This document shows positions 26,153-38,931 of a stretch of 64,000 bases of DNA, in pieces. The stretch spans positions 31,992,001 through 32,056,000 of the forward strand of contig NC_043002.1 of NCBI RefSeq assembly GCF_006345805.1, written 5' to 3'. The notes below the pieces were generated by a model. That model was not told the origin of the DNA. It worked only from the letters and a program-made list of their open reading frames with translations, and did no database searches. This DNA is from Octopus sinensis (Eukaryota). The position numbers were made by a program, and so were the translations under genes. Position 1 is the stretch's first letter, and every line of letters starts with the position of its first letter.

Positions 26153-28851
26153 TCACGGATGCTTTTTAGCAAACGCCATCTGATGCATGAGAGAGTTCGA
26201 TGCAGCTGCCCTCATCTGCACCTCCTGCCGTGAAGTTGGTTCATCCAGTCTTACTTTAAAGACATCCGCATCCAGTCTTACTTTAAAGACATCCGCATCT
26301 ACACCATGCAGGTCCCTCAGGTTCTTCGGGAGGATATTGAAGAGCCGTGGGCCTCTGAAGCCCAGGCTATCACAATATCTTGTCCTACATCTTGATGGCA
26401 AATTTGGAGTCCTTGGTACTACGCAGTGGCGTCCGGTTCTGGCATTTGTGTGACTCTCGATGCCAAAGTCTGGGACAAGACCTTCCAGGATCTTCCAGAT
26501 ATATATTATGGCATATATTTCTCGCCTACGCTCCAGGGAATAGAGCTTTAATCTCTTGAGTCTCTCCCAGTAGCTCATATGCTGCACAGAGGCTATCTTC
26601 TTCGTGTAGCTTCGTTGGATCGCCTCAATTTCTGTGATCAACTTGACACTGGATGGTGACCATAGCTGAGAGCAATAGTCAAAGTGGCTTAGGACAAGTG
26701 TCTTCCAGAAGACCATCATGGTTTCTTGTTCTAAGAATCCATCCAGCCAGCCGTCTACATTTCATTGTCAGTTTAGCAACATGTACATGAAAGGTCGCGT
26801 CATCACTCATGTGAATACCCAGGTCACGCACTGATTGTGCCTCTGGGATTGCAATCCCTCCGGGTCCAGTGTATTCATTGGGTATTGCATTCAGTTTTGC
26901 ATGCTGATAGTATAAAGCTTGAAACTTTTCAGCATTGAACTGCATGCTATTCTTTTCAGCCCACTTGTATATTTCGTCCAGCTCACATTGCAGGTGCTTA
27001 GTGTCTTCCTGGTCGGAAACCATGTTGGGTGTCAGGCAGCAAGTCATTTTCTTCAAGGAAGGTGATTAGTTTCCTTCTGACTATTCGTTCCATGACCTTG
27101 CTGATGTGTGAGGTCAGAGAGATAGGTCTGTAGTTCTTGGCCTCCGCTCTGCTACCTCCTTTATGTATAGGGCATATTTTACCTTCCTTCAGTTTTCTTG
27201 GAAGTTTGCCTGCTGCAAGGAAGCTCTGAAAGAGTAACTGCAGTGGTCTTGCTAGGACTCTCTTACATACTTTTAGGAGGATTGCCGGGAATCCATCGGG
27301 GCCAATAGCTGAGTCTGTTTTCATTTCATCTATAGCCTTTATTACATCGTCTTCCTTTATATCGATGTAATTTATCGTCGCCGCCTCTGATTCTATATCT
27401 GCAGTGGTAAAGAAGTCAGTTGGATTGATGATTTGGAAATGCCCAAGGGGTGGAGTGAAAACACTCTTGAATTGTTCATTCAGTATTTCACTTACCCTCA
27501 TTGGTTTTCCTGTGAGTGTGCCATCCTTTTCAAGGAGTGGCCCTATCCTACAGTGCACCGTAGCTGCTTCTTTGGCATACCTGTAGAAAGTTCTGGGGTT
27601 AGTTTTTATGTTGTCTATAGCCCAGGCTTCTTTGTCTGCTCTTTCCTTCTCATGGGAGAGTTGCAGACAATTTTCAATTTCCAACAGTTTTATTTTCAGG
27701 CGGGACTTTTCACTGCTTTCAATTTGTTTGTTTAGGCGATTTGAAATTTTTGTACGCCGTCTCATTAAAATTTTCCTCTCTCTGGGGATTTTGTTCTTGT
27801 GTACAGTGGCCTTTCTCTCTGGGACACATTTGTAGCATATGGCTTGCATTACAGACATGAATTGTTGAAGTATCATGTCGATGTCCGGCGAGGAGAGACA
27901 TTCAGGTCAGTTTTGTTTGAGGATCTCTTTCTCAGTTTGTTTCCAGTTTGCATTATTGAAGTTCAAGCTGGAAAGATTCTGAGGGTTTCTTGTAGGCTGC
28001 ATGTCCATGCTCTCTTTTGGCCCGTACATGGTCAGCTCTACCATGTTGTGATCCGAGAGTAGTGTCGGTGTCACTTTCACATTATGGATGAGATCCATAT
28101 TATTTGTGAAGCAGAGATCCAGTGTGTTACCTGCTCTGGTTGGTTGGAGTATTACTTGCTCCATGTATAGGGTGTTGATGAGGTTCAGGAGGGACCTCGC
28201 CTGTCCTCGTTCACATCTTGTCATTCCTGGGAGAGGAAGGCCCTCGGGCCATCTGACATTGGGTAGATTGAAATCTCTCATAAGAAGTACACTTATGTGT
28301 TGTTCTAATGTGATTAGAACTTCTTCTATTTTTAAAAATCAGTCCTCAAACTTTCCCATATGACTTGGGGCATCTGGAGGGCGATATGTAGCACACACAA
28401 CTACATCAAGTTGCCTTATGTGTACAATTAGTGTGTCACACACCGAGTTTGAGTATGACAAAAGGACCTGGGGTGTGAGGTCCCCACGGATGTACATAGC
28501 AACTCCTCCATGACTCCTTTCTTTTCTGTCGGTCCGTAGTACAACATACTGTGGTATGTGTAATTCCGCATCTGCTATGTCCGGTTTCAGATGCGTTTCT
28601 GTGAGTGCTATGCATAAGGCTTGATTGCATGCGGCAAAGTCTCTCAGGAACGGGACTTTTGTCCTGTTACTGTGTGTTAGTAGTCCTCTGATGTTCAGTA
28701 GGAGCATCGAGGTGAGGTGTATGCTGTTGCCGGTGGTGTCCACCCTGGGTCCATCTGCTGTGGCTGTCTCGTGAACTGTGGGCAATTCCATCTGCGAGCC
28801 TGAGCCTGATGGAGCCAGGTTAGTTGCTGTACAATCTTTTGTGCCATGCAC
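26153..28851 (-). pseudogene. LINE ORF2 (endonuclease-reverse transcriptase), disrupted
   Basis: NIRGL, IALTETHL, GGVAMY, YRPP, DFNLP, TLDL, SDHN, then PDG..KNYRPISLTSHISKVMER..QHGFRPG, then DLGI..HFDYCSQLW..YWERLKRLKLYSLERRRE. In-frame stops occur near 28340 and 27908, and the RT core is missing. Confidence 0.93.
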
Positions 28852-29552
28852 AAAAAAGATTCCTGCTCAGCAGCTGCCCTTTCAACAACACGTTGGTGGT
28901 TTGTGGCACGCACCACATCTGCGTACCTCCGTTTTGGGGCAGGTGATGCGTGGTCCATCCCATTTCCTTTCGGTGGTTGGTTTCTGTGGCAGGGTCCCGG
29001 ATGTGCAAAGCGGCAGCCTGCACCTTCCTCTCCATGCCGGCAGGCACCTTTCAGGTAGAACCTACATACCCGTGTGCGCTGCTTGTTTCCATCCTTTTTG
29101 GCATATGGATAGTTAGGTTTGCCTCTATCCCTGGCTGCCTTGCCCCTTGGCTTTGTCTGAGTTTTAGCTTCAGTTTTTCTTCCTTTTTTGGTTTTTTCAT
29201 CTCCATGTCCATGGCTTTTGGTGCTGGTAGGAGCATCCGCACCTGGGTTCATCTCCCGGGCAGGCCTCTCACTGGAGTTTTCTTCCTGGGCGTCTACCAG
29301 GTGGGGGTGACCCTCCTCATCAGCGCCCGCGTCTCTATCCTTGCCATCTTTACTTTGTTCGCGTTTTTCGCTGTCAAAAATGGCATCCAGCGTGTTAATG
29401 TGCGATCTGACAAGTGCGTAGGAGCGTATAAATTCTTGCTTCTTCCGCTCTATTTGAGCTGACGTCCTTTTGTATCCGTTGTTCTTCAGCGCGGCCGTAA
29501 TTATATTATTTGGATTTTCTCCGTCAGCGCATTGCATCCTCGCAGGAACCAC
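28695..29552 (-). CDS. LINE ORF1 protein, 285 aa, with CCCH zinc finger
   Basis: Uninterrupted ORF carrying C-X7-C-X8-C-X3-H (CRFYLKGACRHGEEGAGCRFAH, 29001-29066) and a basic low-complexity middle. It sits directly upstream of and overlaps ORF2. Confidence 0.8.
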   Translation of the reverse strand: MVPARMQCADGENPNNIITAALKNNGYKRTSAQIERKKQEFIRSYALVRSHINTLDAIFDSEKREQSKDGKDRDAGADEEGHPHLVDAQEENSSERPAREMNPGADAPTSTKSHGHGDEKTKKGRKTEAKTQTKPRGKAARDRGKPNYPYAKKDGNKQRTRVCRFYLKGACRHGEEGAGCRFAHPGPCHRNQPPKGNGMDHASPAPKRRYADVVRATNHQRVVERAAAEQESFLCMAQKIVQQLTWLHQAQARRWNCPQFTRQPQQMDPGWTPPATAYTSPRCSY

Positions 29553-29801
29553 GCCAGTTCGTCACGTTTCCAGGTTCTGGACATTCTTGATATTTTATCT
29601 ATCTATCTATCTATCTAATTATATAATATTAATTTATATTAATCTAATAGTGCAATAGGGGGTAGGGAGGAAATAGAGAAAGAGAGCGTCTATGTACTTA
29701 AGGAGAAATTGGGAGCCGAGAGTAAGAGAGAAGAGGAAGAGGAGAGACTGAGAGCTGAAGGAAGAGAGAGAAAGCGTCTATGTCCTTATATGTATCCGAG
29801 A

Positions 29802-29990
29802 GAGGAGAGTAAGATAGAAGAGAGTAATGGAGAGACAAGGAGAAGCGGGAGAGAAACTGAAGAGACAGGGAGAGAAGGAAGAAATATAGAGAGAATTTAT
29901 ATATTTGAAAGAGGGGAGTAAGATAGAAGAGAGTAATGAAGAGACAAGGAGAAGCGTGAGGGAGCGAACTGAAGAGACAGACAGAGAGGG
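29802..29990. repeat. two copies of a purine-rich unit, period about 109 bp
   Basis: gagtaagatagaagagagtaatg.agagacaaggagaagcg...aactgaagagacag at 29802 and 29911. Confidence 0.8.
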
Positions 29991-30092
29991 GAGAATTCTA
30001 AACGAAGCTATTTGTACACACACATACACACGTATACATACATATATATACACACATATACACATGTGTGCACATGCACATATATAAACAAG

Positions 30093-30139
<47 letters not shown>

Positions 30140-30251
30140 TTACAATTTTAAAATAGGATAAAATATTTATAAGAACTTATCAAATAGTTAGCGTGAAAAA
30201 CCTAACATGAGAAAAATTTATTAATTATTCCCCTAAATAATTTATTTATAT

Positions 30252-30514
30252 TAAGGGCATTACTATACAAAAATGCCTCACGCTAGGAGGGACTCTTAAA
30301 TTCAAAAACTACCATAATAAACGCATTGTACCGAGCGCGAGGGAATGCAACTCTCAAAGCGAGCTTTTAAAAACACATTCAACTGCAATCTGTTTTTAAA
30401 AGACTCGCTTCGAGAGTTGCCATCTCTTGCGCTTGGTACAATGTATTTATTATGGTAGTTTTTGACATTAAGAATCCCTTCTAGTGTGAGGAATTTATGT
30501 AAAGTAATGCTCTT

Positions 30515-30518
<4 letters not shown>
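30252..30518. repeat. foldback palindrome / MITE-like element
   Basis: Arms 30252-30374 and 30392-30518 are reverse complements (roughly 85% by eye) around a 17-nt spacer. Confidence 0.88.
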
Positions 30519-30599
<81 letters not shown>

Positions 30600-30649
30600 C
30601 GTTTTTTTTTCCTAGAGAGAAGTTTGATGTGAAATTCAAACATTCTATC

Positions 30650-31810
30650 CCATACGAAATTTATCGCACATCTCCATTATGCCCTGCTTTGATTTGCCTC
30701 AATTACCACTTGCATTCTACATAGCGTTTGATATACCAGTGGAGTAACATCCTTTGTTTGTGCAAAGTAGTAGAGATTTGGGGGAAGCATGTCTTGAGTA
30801 TATCTCTCAAGATGCTTGAAAAAGTGTGGTGTTAAGGGCTTCCCCTCCAACAGTGTCCCACAAAGTGCGCGCCTATGTTTGTATGTGCCTGTCTGTTTGT
30901 CTGTCTCTCTCTCTCTTTCATAACATCAGTGAATTGAAAATTGTTGCCTGTAGTGTTAATGTGATTGGGAGTTGGACTTGTAAATATTCAGAGCGGCCCG
31001 TAACATGCAGGTACACATTCCATCAAGCCGTGTCACTACGTGATTGGTAAGATTTTGATCAACAAAATGGCCCTGATTTCACTGTAGCATTGAAGAAACT
31101 TCTTTTAAAATCATCTAATAGTAGTGATTTCCAGATATGAAGAATTTTCCAAACGTTTGTGAAACATAGATGCTATGTTGCTTCCTAAGTGTACGACATT
31201 TCTTAGAAGAGTGTATTTAATTGCGTTTATTGAGTCTCCCTGATTGAACAAGAAGTATTTTAGCTTTTGTGATGTAGACATGAATACTAATAGCTCCAAC
31301 CGTTTTCTCAAACTCACATGGTAGGGCAGTAAAACTGAAATGTTGTCAACAATCAGAACGGTATCACTGCATAATCCGTATGTTATTGCTGTGACTGAGT
31401 AGTGAGTTGAAATGGATTTTGTCAAAGAGAATATGTTTCAACTTCTGTCAATGAAATACGAAGGATGTATTCAAGGTAGATGATAAACGGGAATGGACCG
31501 AGTGTATCACTTTGAATGACACAGGCAATAATGACAAAGAAATCGATGTCTTTATCAAATGATCGAAGTTTTAGGCCTGGTATTATCGTAGATAATTATT
31601 ACTGCTTAGAATATTTCTTATGACAAGAAGTATGTAAGAAGAATTTGTTCTATTTTATTTCGAAATACAGAGTCAAAATCTTTTGCAAAGTCTACTAAGA
31701 GTAGGATTGTTGATGTTTATCCTCCAACTCACTTCATGATATTCCTTAATGTTAAAAGATTTTCTCTAGTTCCTTTGACTTCCTTTGAATCGACCGCCTG
31801 TAGTAGAGTG
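30650..31810 (-). mobile_element. degenerate RTE LINE (RT to C-terminus)
   Basis: Minus-strand pieces LVDFAKDFDSV, YDNT, VIQSDTLGPFPFII, HLGSNI, HIWKSLLLDDFKRSFFNATV and LPQISTTLHKQR follow RTE ORF2 order. Confidence 0.65.
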
Positions 31811-31910
31811 AAAATCATCACCGCCTCTCATTCGAATGGCGGTGCTCGAGTCCTCAGCAGAGAAGGTTTACAATAATACTTCTAAAAATTGTTTTGATAT
31901 TTTCTAAGGT

Positions 31911-32100
31911 GGTGAGCTGGTAGAATTGTTAGCACGCCGGGCAAAATGCTTAGAGTTGTTACGTCCGCCGAAGTCGACTTTACCATTCATTCATTTAGGG
32001 TCGATAAAATAAGTATAATTTGTGTACTGGGGTCGATGAAATCGACTTGCCCACTCTTTCGAAACTGCTGTTCCCGTGCCAAACTTTGAAATCAATATTT
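31911..32100 (+). mobile_element. SINE family B with internal deletion
   Basis: Head ggtgagctggtagaattgttagcacgccgggc, core gtcgacttt...gggtcgataaaataag. Confidence 0.8.
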
Positions 32101-32613
32101 ACTGGGGTTTAAGAAAAACAAAAATTGAAGAACACTGAACTCCAGAAAATATGTATGAATAGGTAATGTTGGTGAGACAGTTAACATAATCCTTTTTTTT
32201 TCTTTCTTTCTTTTCTTTGTTCTTCATAAAGAATATCACCTTTTGAAACGGGTTTTTTTATTAACTTATTCACATTGCAGAAGTTCAAACACACATCCTA
32301 ATAAATCCAGATGCAAATACTTTGAACAATTATTTTTCACATTAAGTTTAAGAATTGAATTACAGAGTAATCGCAAGTCCAGATATATTACGGAATTGTA
32401 CAGTTCAGTAGTTCGGCCAGGGAAATGAAGGTTACTTATGCATCACTTCCTAAGAAATCAAGCTTGAATTCGATGGCGATGACCTATGAAATTAAAAGAG
32501 AAATAAGCCTACTCTAAATAAATAACTAAATATTGCAAAATATGCTGCTCGTAACGTTACTGATTTTTACATTTACTAATCTTTGCCTCTATATTTCTCA
32601 TGATCTGACACTG

Positions 32614-32660
<47 letters not shown>

Positions 32661-32802
32661 ATGTATGTATATACATAAATGCATACATACATTCATACAT
32701 AATACATACTTAACACGCCCCCCCCCACACACATATATATATATATATGTCTCATGGATGGCCGGTAACGAATTTTTCTGCAATATATGGATAGTTTATC
32801 CT

Positions 32803-33225
32803 ACTCTCTTTACTCTTTTTTTACTCTTTTACTTGTTTCAGTGATTTGACTGCGGCCATGCTGGAGCACCGCCTTTAATCGAGCAACTCGATCCCAGGAC
32901 TTATTCTTTTGTAAGCCCAGTACTTATTCTATCGGTTTCTTTTGCCGAACAGCTAAGTAACGGGGACGTAAACACACCAGCATCGGTTGTCAAGCAATGC
33001 TAGGGGGACAAACACAGACACACAAACATACACGCACACACATATATATATATACATATATACGACGGGCTTCTTTAAGTTGCTGTCTACCAAATCCACT
33101 CACAAGGCATTGGTCGGCCCTGGGCTATAGTAGAAGACACTTGCCCAAGGTGCCACGCAGTGCGACTGAACCCGGAACCATGTGGTTGGTAAACAAGCTA
33201 CTTACCACACAGCCACTCCTGCGCC
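32803..33225 (-). mobile_element. SINE family A
   Basis: Complete reverse-complement copy from the ggcgcaggagtggctgtgtgg head to the gagtaaaa tail. Confidence 0.92.
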
Positions 33226-33341
33226 TGTTCATGTTTTTGTATTAATATTATCATGCGTTTGAGAATAGCATATTTCTGTATTTTATACATGTGTGTGTGT
33301 GTGTGTATGTGTGTGTGTGTGTTGTGTGTGTGTGTGTGTGT

Positions 33342-33388
<47 letters not shown>

Positions 33389-33794
33389 CAGGTCGCTCTT
33401 GAGCGCTACTGATACAACCTGTTACATGGTCGGATCGTCGGTGTGCTTGGTGAGGAGGAGGATTGTAGGACATCGTGCGGGATAAAAAGCAAGACCCGTC
33501 AAAGGCCGAAAGAACTACAGTGTAGTCAACGGCCATTCAACTAGGTGTATTTGTGGACACGTGTGTGTATGTATATATATATATTGTATCTATTATATTT
33601 CAAATTGTATGTTTGTATTTTGCATATATATATTTATATATGTATATATTGTGTTCTAAATTGTATATATTGTATCTCAATTCTTATTCTTATTTTTACT
33701 CAACTGTATCTCAATTTTTAATTTTAATTTTATTTTACCTCCTTTTTGAATGATAAATAGATAAGAGGTGGATGAAGTTTCTTTGTTTACTTAT

Positions 33795-36540
33795 GCCGTG
33801 GCGAAAGCAGCCTATCTAGGAGAAGGTAAACCTGGATTTAAATACTTCACTGTTATCTTGTAGTTAACCTTTGATTGGACAAAAACTAGAGAGAAATAGA
33901 CTCAGATATAAAATCTGCGACTGCAAATGCACCCAATGATATCGACTTGCTCTTCTTTTTGGATCATGCTTTGTAGTTTACAGAGTGAGAATGGTTTCTG
34001 TGCAAAATTTTGGCTTACTTTAAAAAGCGTCAAGTGCAGGTATTGTTGGAAAAGAAGAAGAAATGAACAGCATGTATGTACTTCGCCGGCCGAAGCCTAA
34101 AAAAGGGATAACCAAACAATGGAAGTTGATATTGACATTGAAGCAAATGACAAAAAAAGCTCTGGAACATTTTGTTTTGTGGTCTGCCCCGGCGGGTGTC
34201 CCGGGCACCACAACCTGGGTCCAGTTGTCATCCTGCTTCTGTGAGTAAATTCAGGTTAAGATGGAAGCCTATGAATATAGGAAGTTGGAATGTTCGAACT
34301 TTATTAGACAATGATTGTCTGAAATCTCATCTGGAGAGAAGATCCGCGCTTGATGCAAAAGAGTTACAGCGATATGATATGGATGTTGTAGCGTTAGCCA
34401 AAACAAGAATTAATGGTAAAGAGAATTTTGTAGAAAAATCTGCTGGGTATCATTTATTGTGAAGCAGTAGAGGTGAGAACTATAAGAGAGAATCAGGAGT
34501 GAGATTCGCAATCAAAATCACTCTGGTTTCAAAACTTGAGGAACTACCAGGTGTTTATTTGAATCGCTTGAAATCTTTAAGACTTCCGTTGAGAAAAGGT
34601 CGCTATGGAACACCCATAAGTACATATGCTCCAACAATAAATTCATCAGAGAAGGATTAACCTGCCTTGTAGCTTTCACTTACAGAGATTATAAGCAGTA
34701 TCCCCATGATAACAAAGTTGTCATTTTTGGTGATTTTAATGCTCGCGTTGGTGCAGATTGGGAGACTTGAGGTGTCTTAGGAAGTCATTGGGTTGGGAGT
34801 TTCAACAGTAATGGTTTACTACTATTACACATGTGCGTAGAGATGGATTTGTGCCTTGAGTACAATGTTTCGACTAAAAAAATAAGTATAGAACGACATG
34901 GATACACCTTGGTTTTTAAAAAATGGCATCTTATAGATTACATCCTCACTAGGAAACGAGATATTAGGGACTTTGCTATTGTATGAGTGATGCGTGGTGC
35001 AGAGTGCTGGACCGACCGTAGACTTTTGTGTGCGAAGGTCAATTTTGTTGTCAAACCTAAAGCTAGAGCAAATAACGACAAGTTACCTCGACGAATTGCT
35101 GTCAACAAACTTAGGATAACATCAGTACACAATGAGTTTGTGAGTAAGATAAATAATTTGTCCTGTGACGGACGTTGGAAGTCATTCAAAGAAAGAGTAT
35201 ATGATTTTTGTAGTGACATTCTTGGCTCTGCTGTAAAAAAGCACCAAGATTGGTTTGACGATAATGATGAAGAAATTAAGCTTATCTTAGAGGAGAAGCA
35301 AAATGCATTTAATATGTTGCAAAATGTTAACATGTCAGCAAACAGGACAGCAACAGTGCAGAGGAAGCTGAGGATGATGCTAGAAAATTAATGGAGTATT
35401 AGATGCAATGAAATACAAGAAGCTTCAGATGCTAACAGTTCCAAACATTTTAATCTTTCTTGAAGAAACGTCATCAACGGTTGCAAAACTTCGAAGCAAG
35501 GATAGTACAGAATTATTAAAAAAGCCTAAAGATATTGTTGAGAGATGAAAACAGCATTTTGATGATTTGCTCAATAGACCCACTGAAGTTGACCTCTCTC
35601 TGTCTCTCTCTCTCTCTCTCTCTTTATAGATAATATACCTGGGAGACCAACAAAACATGATTTAGCGGAGGTTCCAAACTTGGCTGAAATAAAAGCTGCA
35701 ATCAGGGAATTGAACAATGGAAAGGTTCCTGGTATGGATGGACTAGGTGCAGAGATATGCAAATATGAGGGTGATCATCTCTGCACAATGTTGACGGATG
35801 TGATTAAGCGGGTTTGGGATAGTGAAGAAGTTCCTCCTGATTGGCATGGTGCGACTATGGAGATACTATATAAATCGAAAGGAGGAATAGATGCATGTGA
35901 TAATTATCGCGGCATATGTCTGTTAGGTGTTCGTGGAAAGCTCCTTTATACGGTAATGCTGGACAGATTGGTTCTGCAGATTGCAGAAGAAGTTCTACCA
36001 GAATCACAATGTGGGTTTAGGGATAGTCGGATTACTATGGATATGATATTTTCAGCTGGACAGTTGAAAGACAAGTGCATCGAACAGGATATGGACTTGT
36101 ATCAGGTTTTCATTTATCTAACGAAAGCGCTTGATTCTGTTATTAGAGTTGCACTTTGGGAGATCCTGAAAAAGCTAGGATGCCCTGAAAAATTTGTGGG
36201 AATGTTTAGACAGTTTCATGAGAAGATGGAATTGAAAGTTAATGTGCGTAAAATAAGGTGATATTCCTGCTCCTATACTATTTTCGATGTATTCTGCAAT
36301 AGTGCTTCAAATAACCTTTGAAGATTGCACTGAAGGGGTCTATATAAGATAGAAGACAACGGGAAAACTGCTCAATCTCAAAAAACTCTACACCAATAAG
36401 CAAGTTCTGCATTTTCACTTCATTGAGTTCCTGTATGCAGATAATTGTGACCTGTTGGCACATTCTCAGAAAGATATGCAGCACATGCTGAATGCGATTT
36501 CTGCAGCATGTGCAGCATTGGGTCTAACGATCAATCTCTC
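33795..36540 (+). mobile_element. RTE (BovB-like) LINE, decayed and 3'-truncated
   Basis: Contains IGSWNVRTLLD..ELQRYD, GDFNARVG, CWTDRRLL, KHQDWFD, GKVPGMDG..NYRGICLL..ESQCGFR and LYADNC. It is cut off by a microsatellite and SINE at about 36545. Confidence 0.92.
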
Positions 36541-36544
36541 TCCA

Positions 36545-36545
36545 A

Positions 36546-36590
<45 letters not shown>

Positions 36591-36750
36591 GTGTGTGTGT
36601 CTGTGTTTGTCCACCACTACCACTTAACAACCGGTGTTGGTGTGTTTGCGTTCCCGTAACCTAACTGTTCGGCATAAGAGACGAAAAAGACTCGTGCTAG
36701 GCTTAGAAAGAAAGAAGTTCTGGGGTCGATTCATTCGACTAAAACACTCT
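36545..36750 (+). mobile_element. SINE family A 3' half (variant)
   Basis: (TA)n(TG)n then caaccggtgttggtgtgtttgcgttcccgtaac...ctggggtcgattcattcgactaaa. Confidence 0.75.
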
Positions 36751-37118
36751 CACTATATATTCTTTCTTAGGTTGGCTATATTATTGTTTGTTTTTTCGTG
36801 TGAGCAGAAAAAAATATATATTGTATTTCCATATAAACACTCAAACATACACACATGTTGGTTTGCAAAAATGTGTAGAAGCAATGAAAGTCAGTCGCTA
36901 CTAGGGAGAAAGTGAGACAAATAGAAAGAATAATTGAGAGGGCGAAAGAAAGGAAGGGAGAGAGAGAGACAGAAAAAAGTGAGGACAAAAAAAAATGAGC
37001 CGCTTGGAAGGTACGAATTACAACACATTTCAAGCTGATATATTTTTCAATAAATATAAACATATGTACATAAATATATAAATATAAATATATATATATG
37101 TACACATACATATACACA

Positions 37119-37179
<61 letters not shown>

Positions 37180-37812
37180 CATATATATATAAATGCACAT
37201 ATACAAGGCTGAGTAATATAGTTTGTTACAACCACCAATTATATAATTTCACCATAAAAATATAGAGTTTATTACTATCGTGTCTAGCTATTTAATTTTC
37301 ATCTCGTATATTCTTGTCACTTCAATTTCTTACGTTTCAATCAATCACCACACACATCTACCCTACAGAGGCAAGTCGCCATTTTTTTTTTATTCTGAAC
37401 TGTCATTTTAAATCCTATTTTAGGTGTTGTTTGTATTATTGTTGTTTTCGCTTGCTCCTCAGAATTTCTTCTATTCGTTTTACGTATGTGTAGATGTGTG
37501 TGCTTGCGAGTGTGTATGTGTGTGTGTGTGTGGTGTGTGTGTGTGTGTGTAAGTGTGTGTGTTAGAATGTGTGTATGTGTGTGTGAGTGCGTGTGTGTGA
37601 CCGTGTGTAATGAAGTTTGATTTTATTTGGGTTTCTTTTTCCATATTATGGTTGTCTGAAATGCAGTGTTTATAAAAGAAAAAATATAACAGAATTTATC
37701 TAAGTAGAAGTGTAAACGGAGAGGGCTGGGAAGTGAATTTCAGACTTCATATGTATGCATCTACATATACATGCATATCTACATAACATATGTGTGTGTG
37801 TGTTTGTATGTA

Positions 37813-37861
<49 letters not shown>

Positions 37862-38084
37862 ATATGTATGTATATATATATGTATATATATATATGTGTA
37901 TATATATATATATATATATGCATGTATATATACATGTATTTACATATAATTATGTATACATCTATCTTTATGTGCATGTGTGTATATGTAAACATAACAA
38001 CGCAGTTTGCTTATGATTAAGTTTTCTGGGGTGAGAGATGGAAAATATAAGGTAGAGCCTCAGTCACACCACATCGCTGTGTAT

Positions 38085-38131
<47 letters not shown>

Positions 38132-38151
38132 TATATATTATGTGTGTGGTG

Positions 38152-38182
<31 letters not shown>

Positions 38183-38635
38183 TGGTGTGTGTGTGTGTGT
38201 GTGTGAAATCTAAAAGATATTTCCCCTGCAATCTCCATTTACACTTCATACTTAGATGGATTCTTTTTTATATATAAACAACCCATTTGCTGTTTTTTTT
38301 CTATAAACACCTACTTGTGTGTGTATGTCTCTATGTGATTTGTGTCTATATGAGTGTATGCGTAGGTGTTTGTGTCTGTGCATGTCGCTATGTGCGTGTG
38401 TGTGTGTGTGTGTTTTCGTATATGTGTGTTTCTTTATTTGAGCGCTCACACATTCGTTCCCCGTAGGGTTTTCATGTCTACTTTTTAAGTTCCTTAAATG
38501 CTTACTTTGACACACATACACACACACACACGCATACACACGTATATATGTATATATTTCACTTATATATTGATAGATATAGGCATATATGTATATATAT
38601 TTACATATATCATATACACGTGTGTGTGTACACAC

Positions 38636-38930
<295 letters not shown>

Positions 38931-38931
<1 letters not shown>

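Larger units (their letters stand above)
26070..29600 (-). mobile_element. near full-length CR1/L2-group LINE with internal RT deletion
   Basis: ORF1, then APE endonuclease, linker, RT N-terminal part, post-RT C-terminus and 3' UTR. The 5' UTR may extend to about 30000. Confidence 0.93.
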
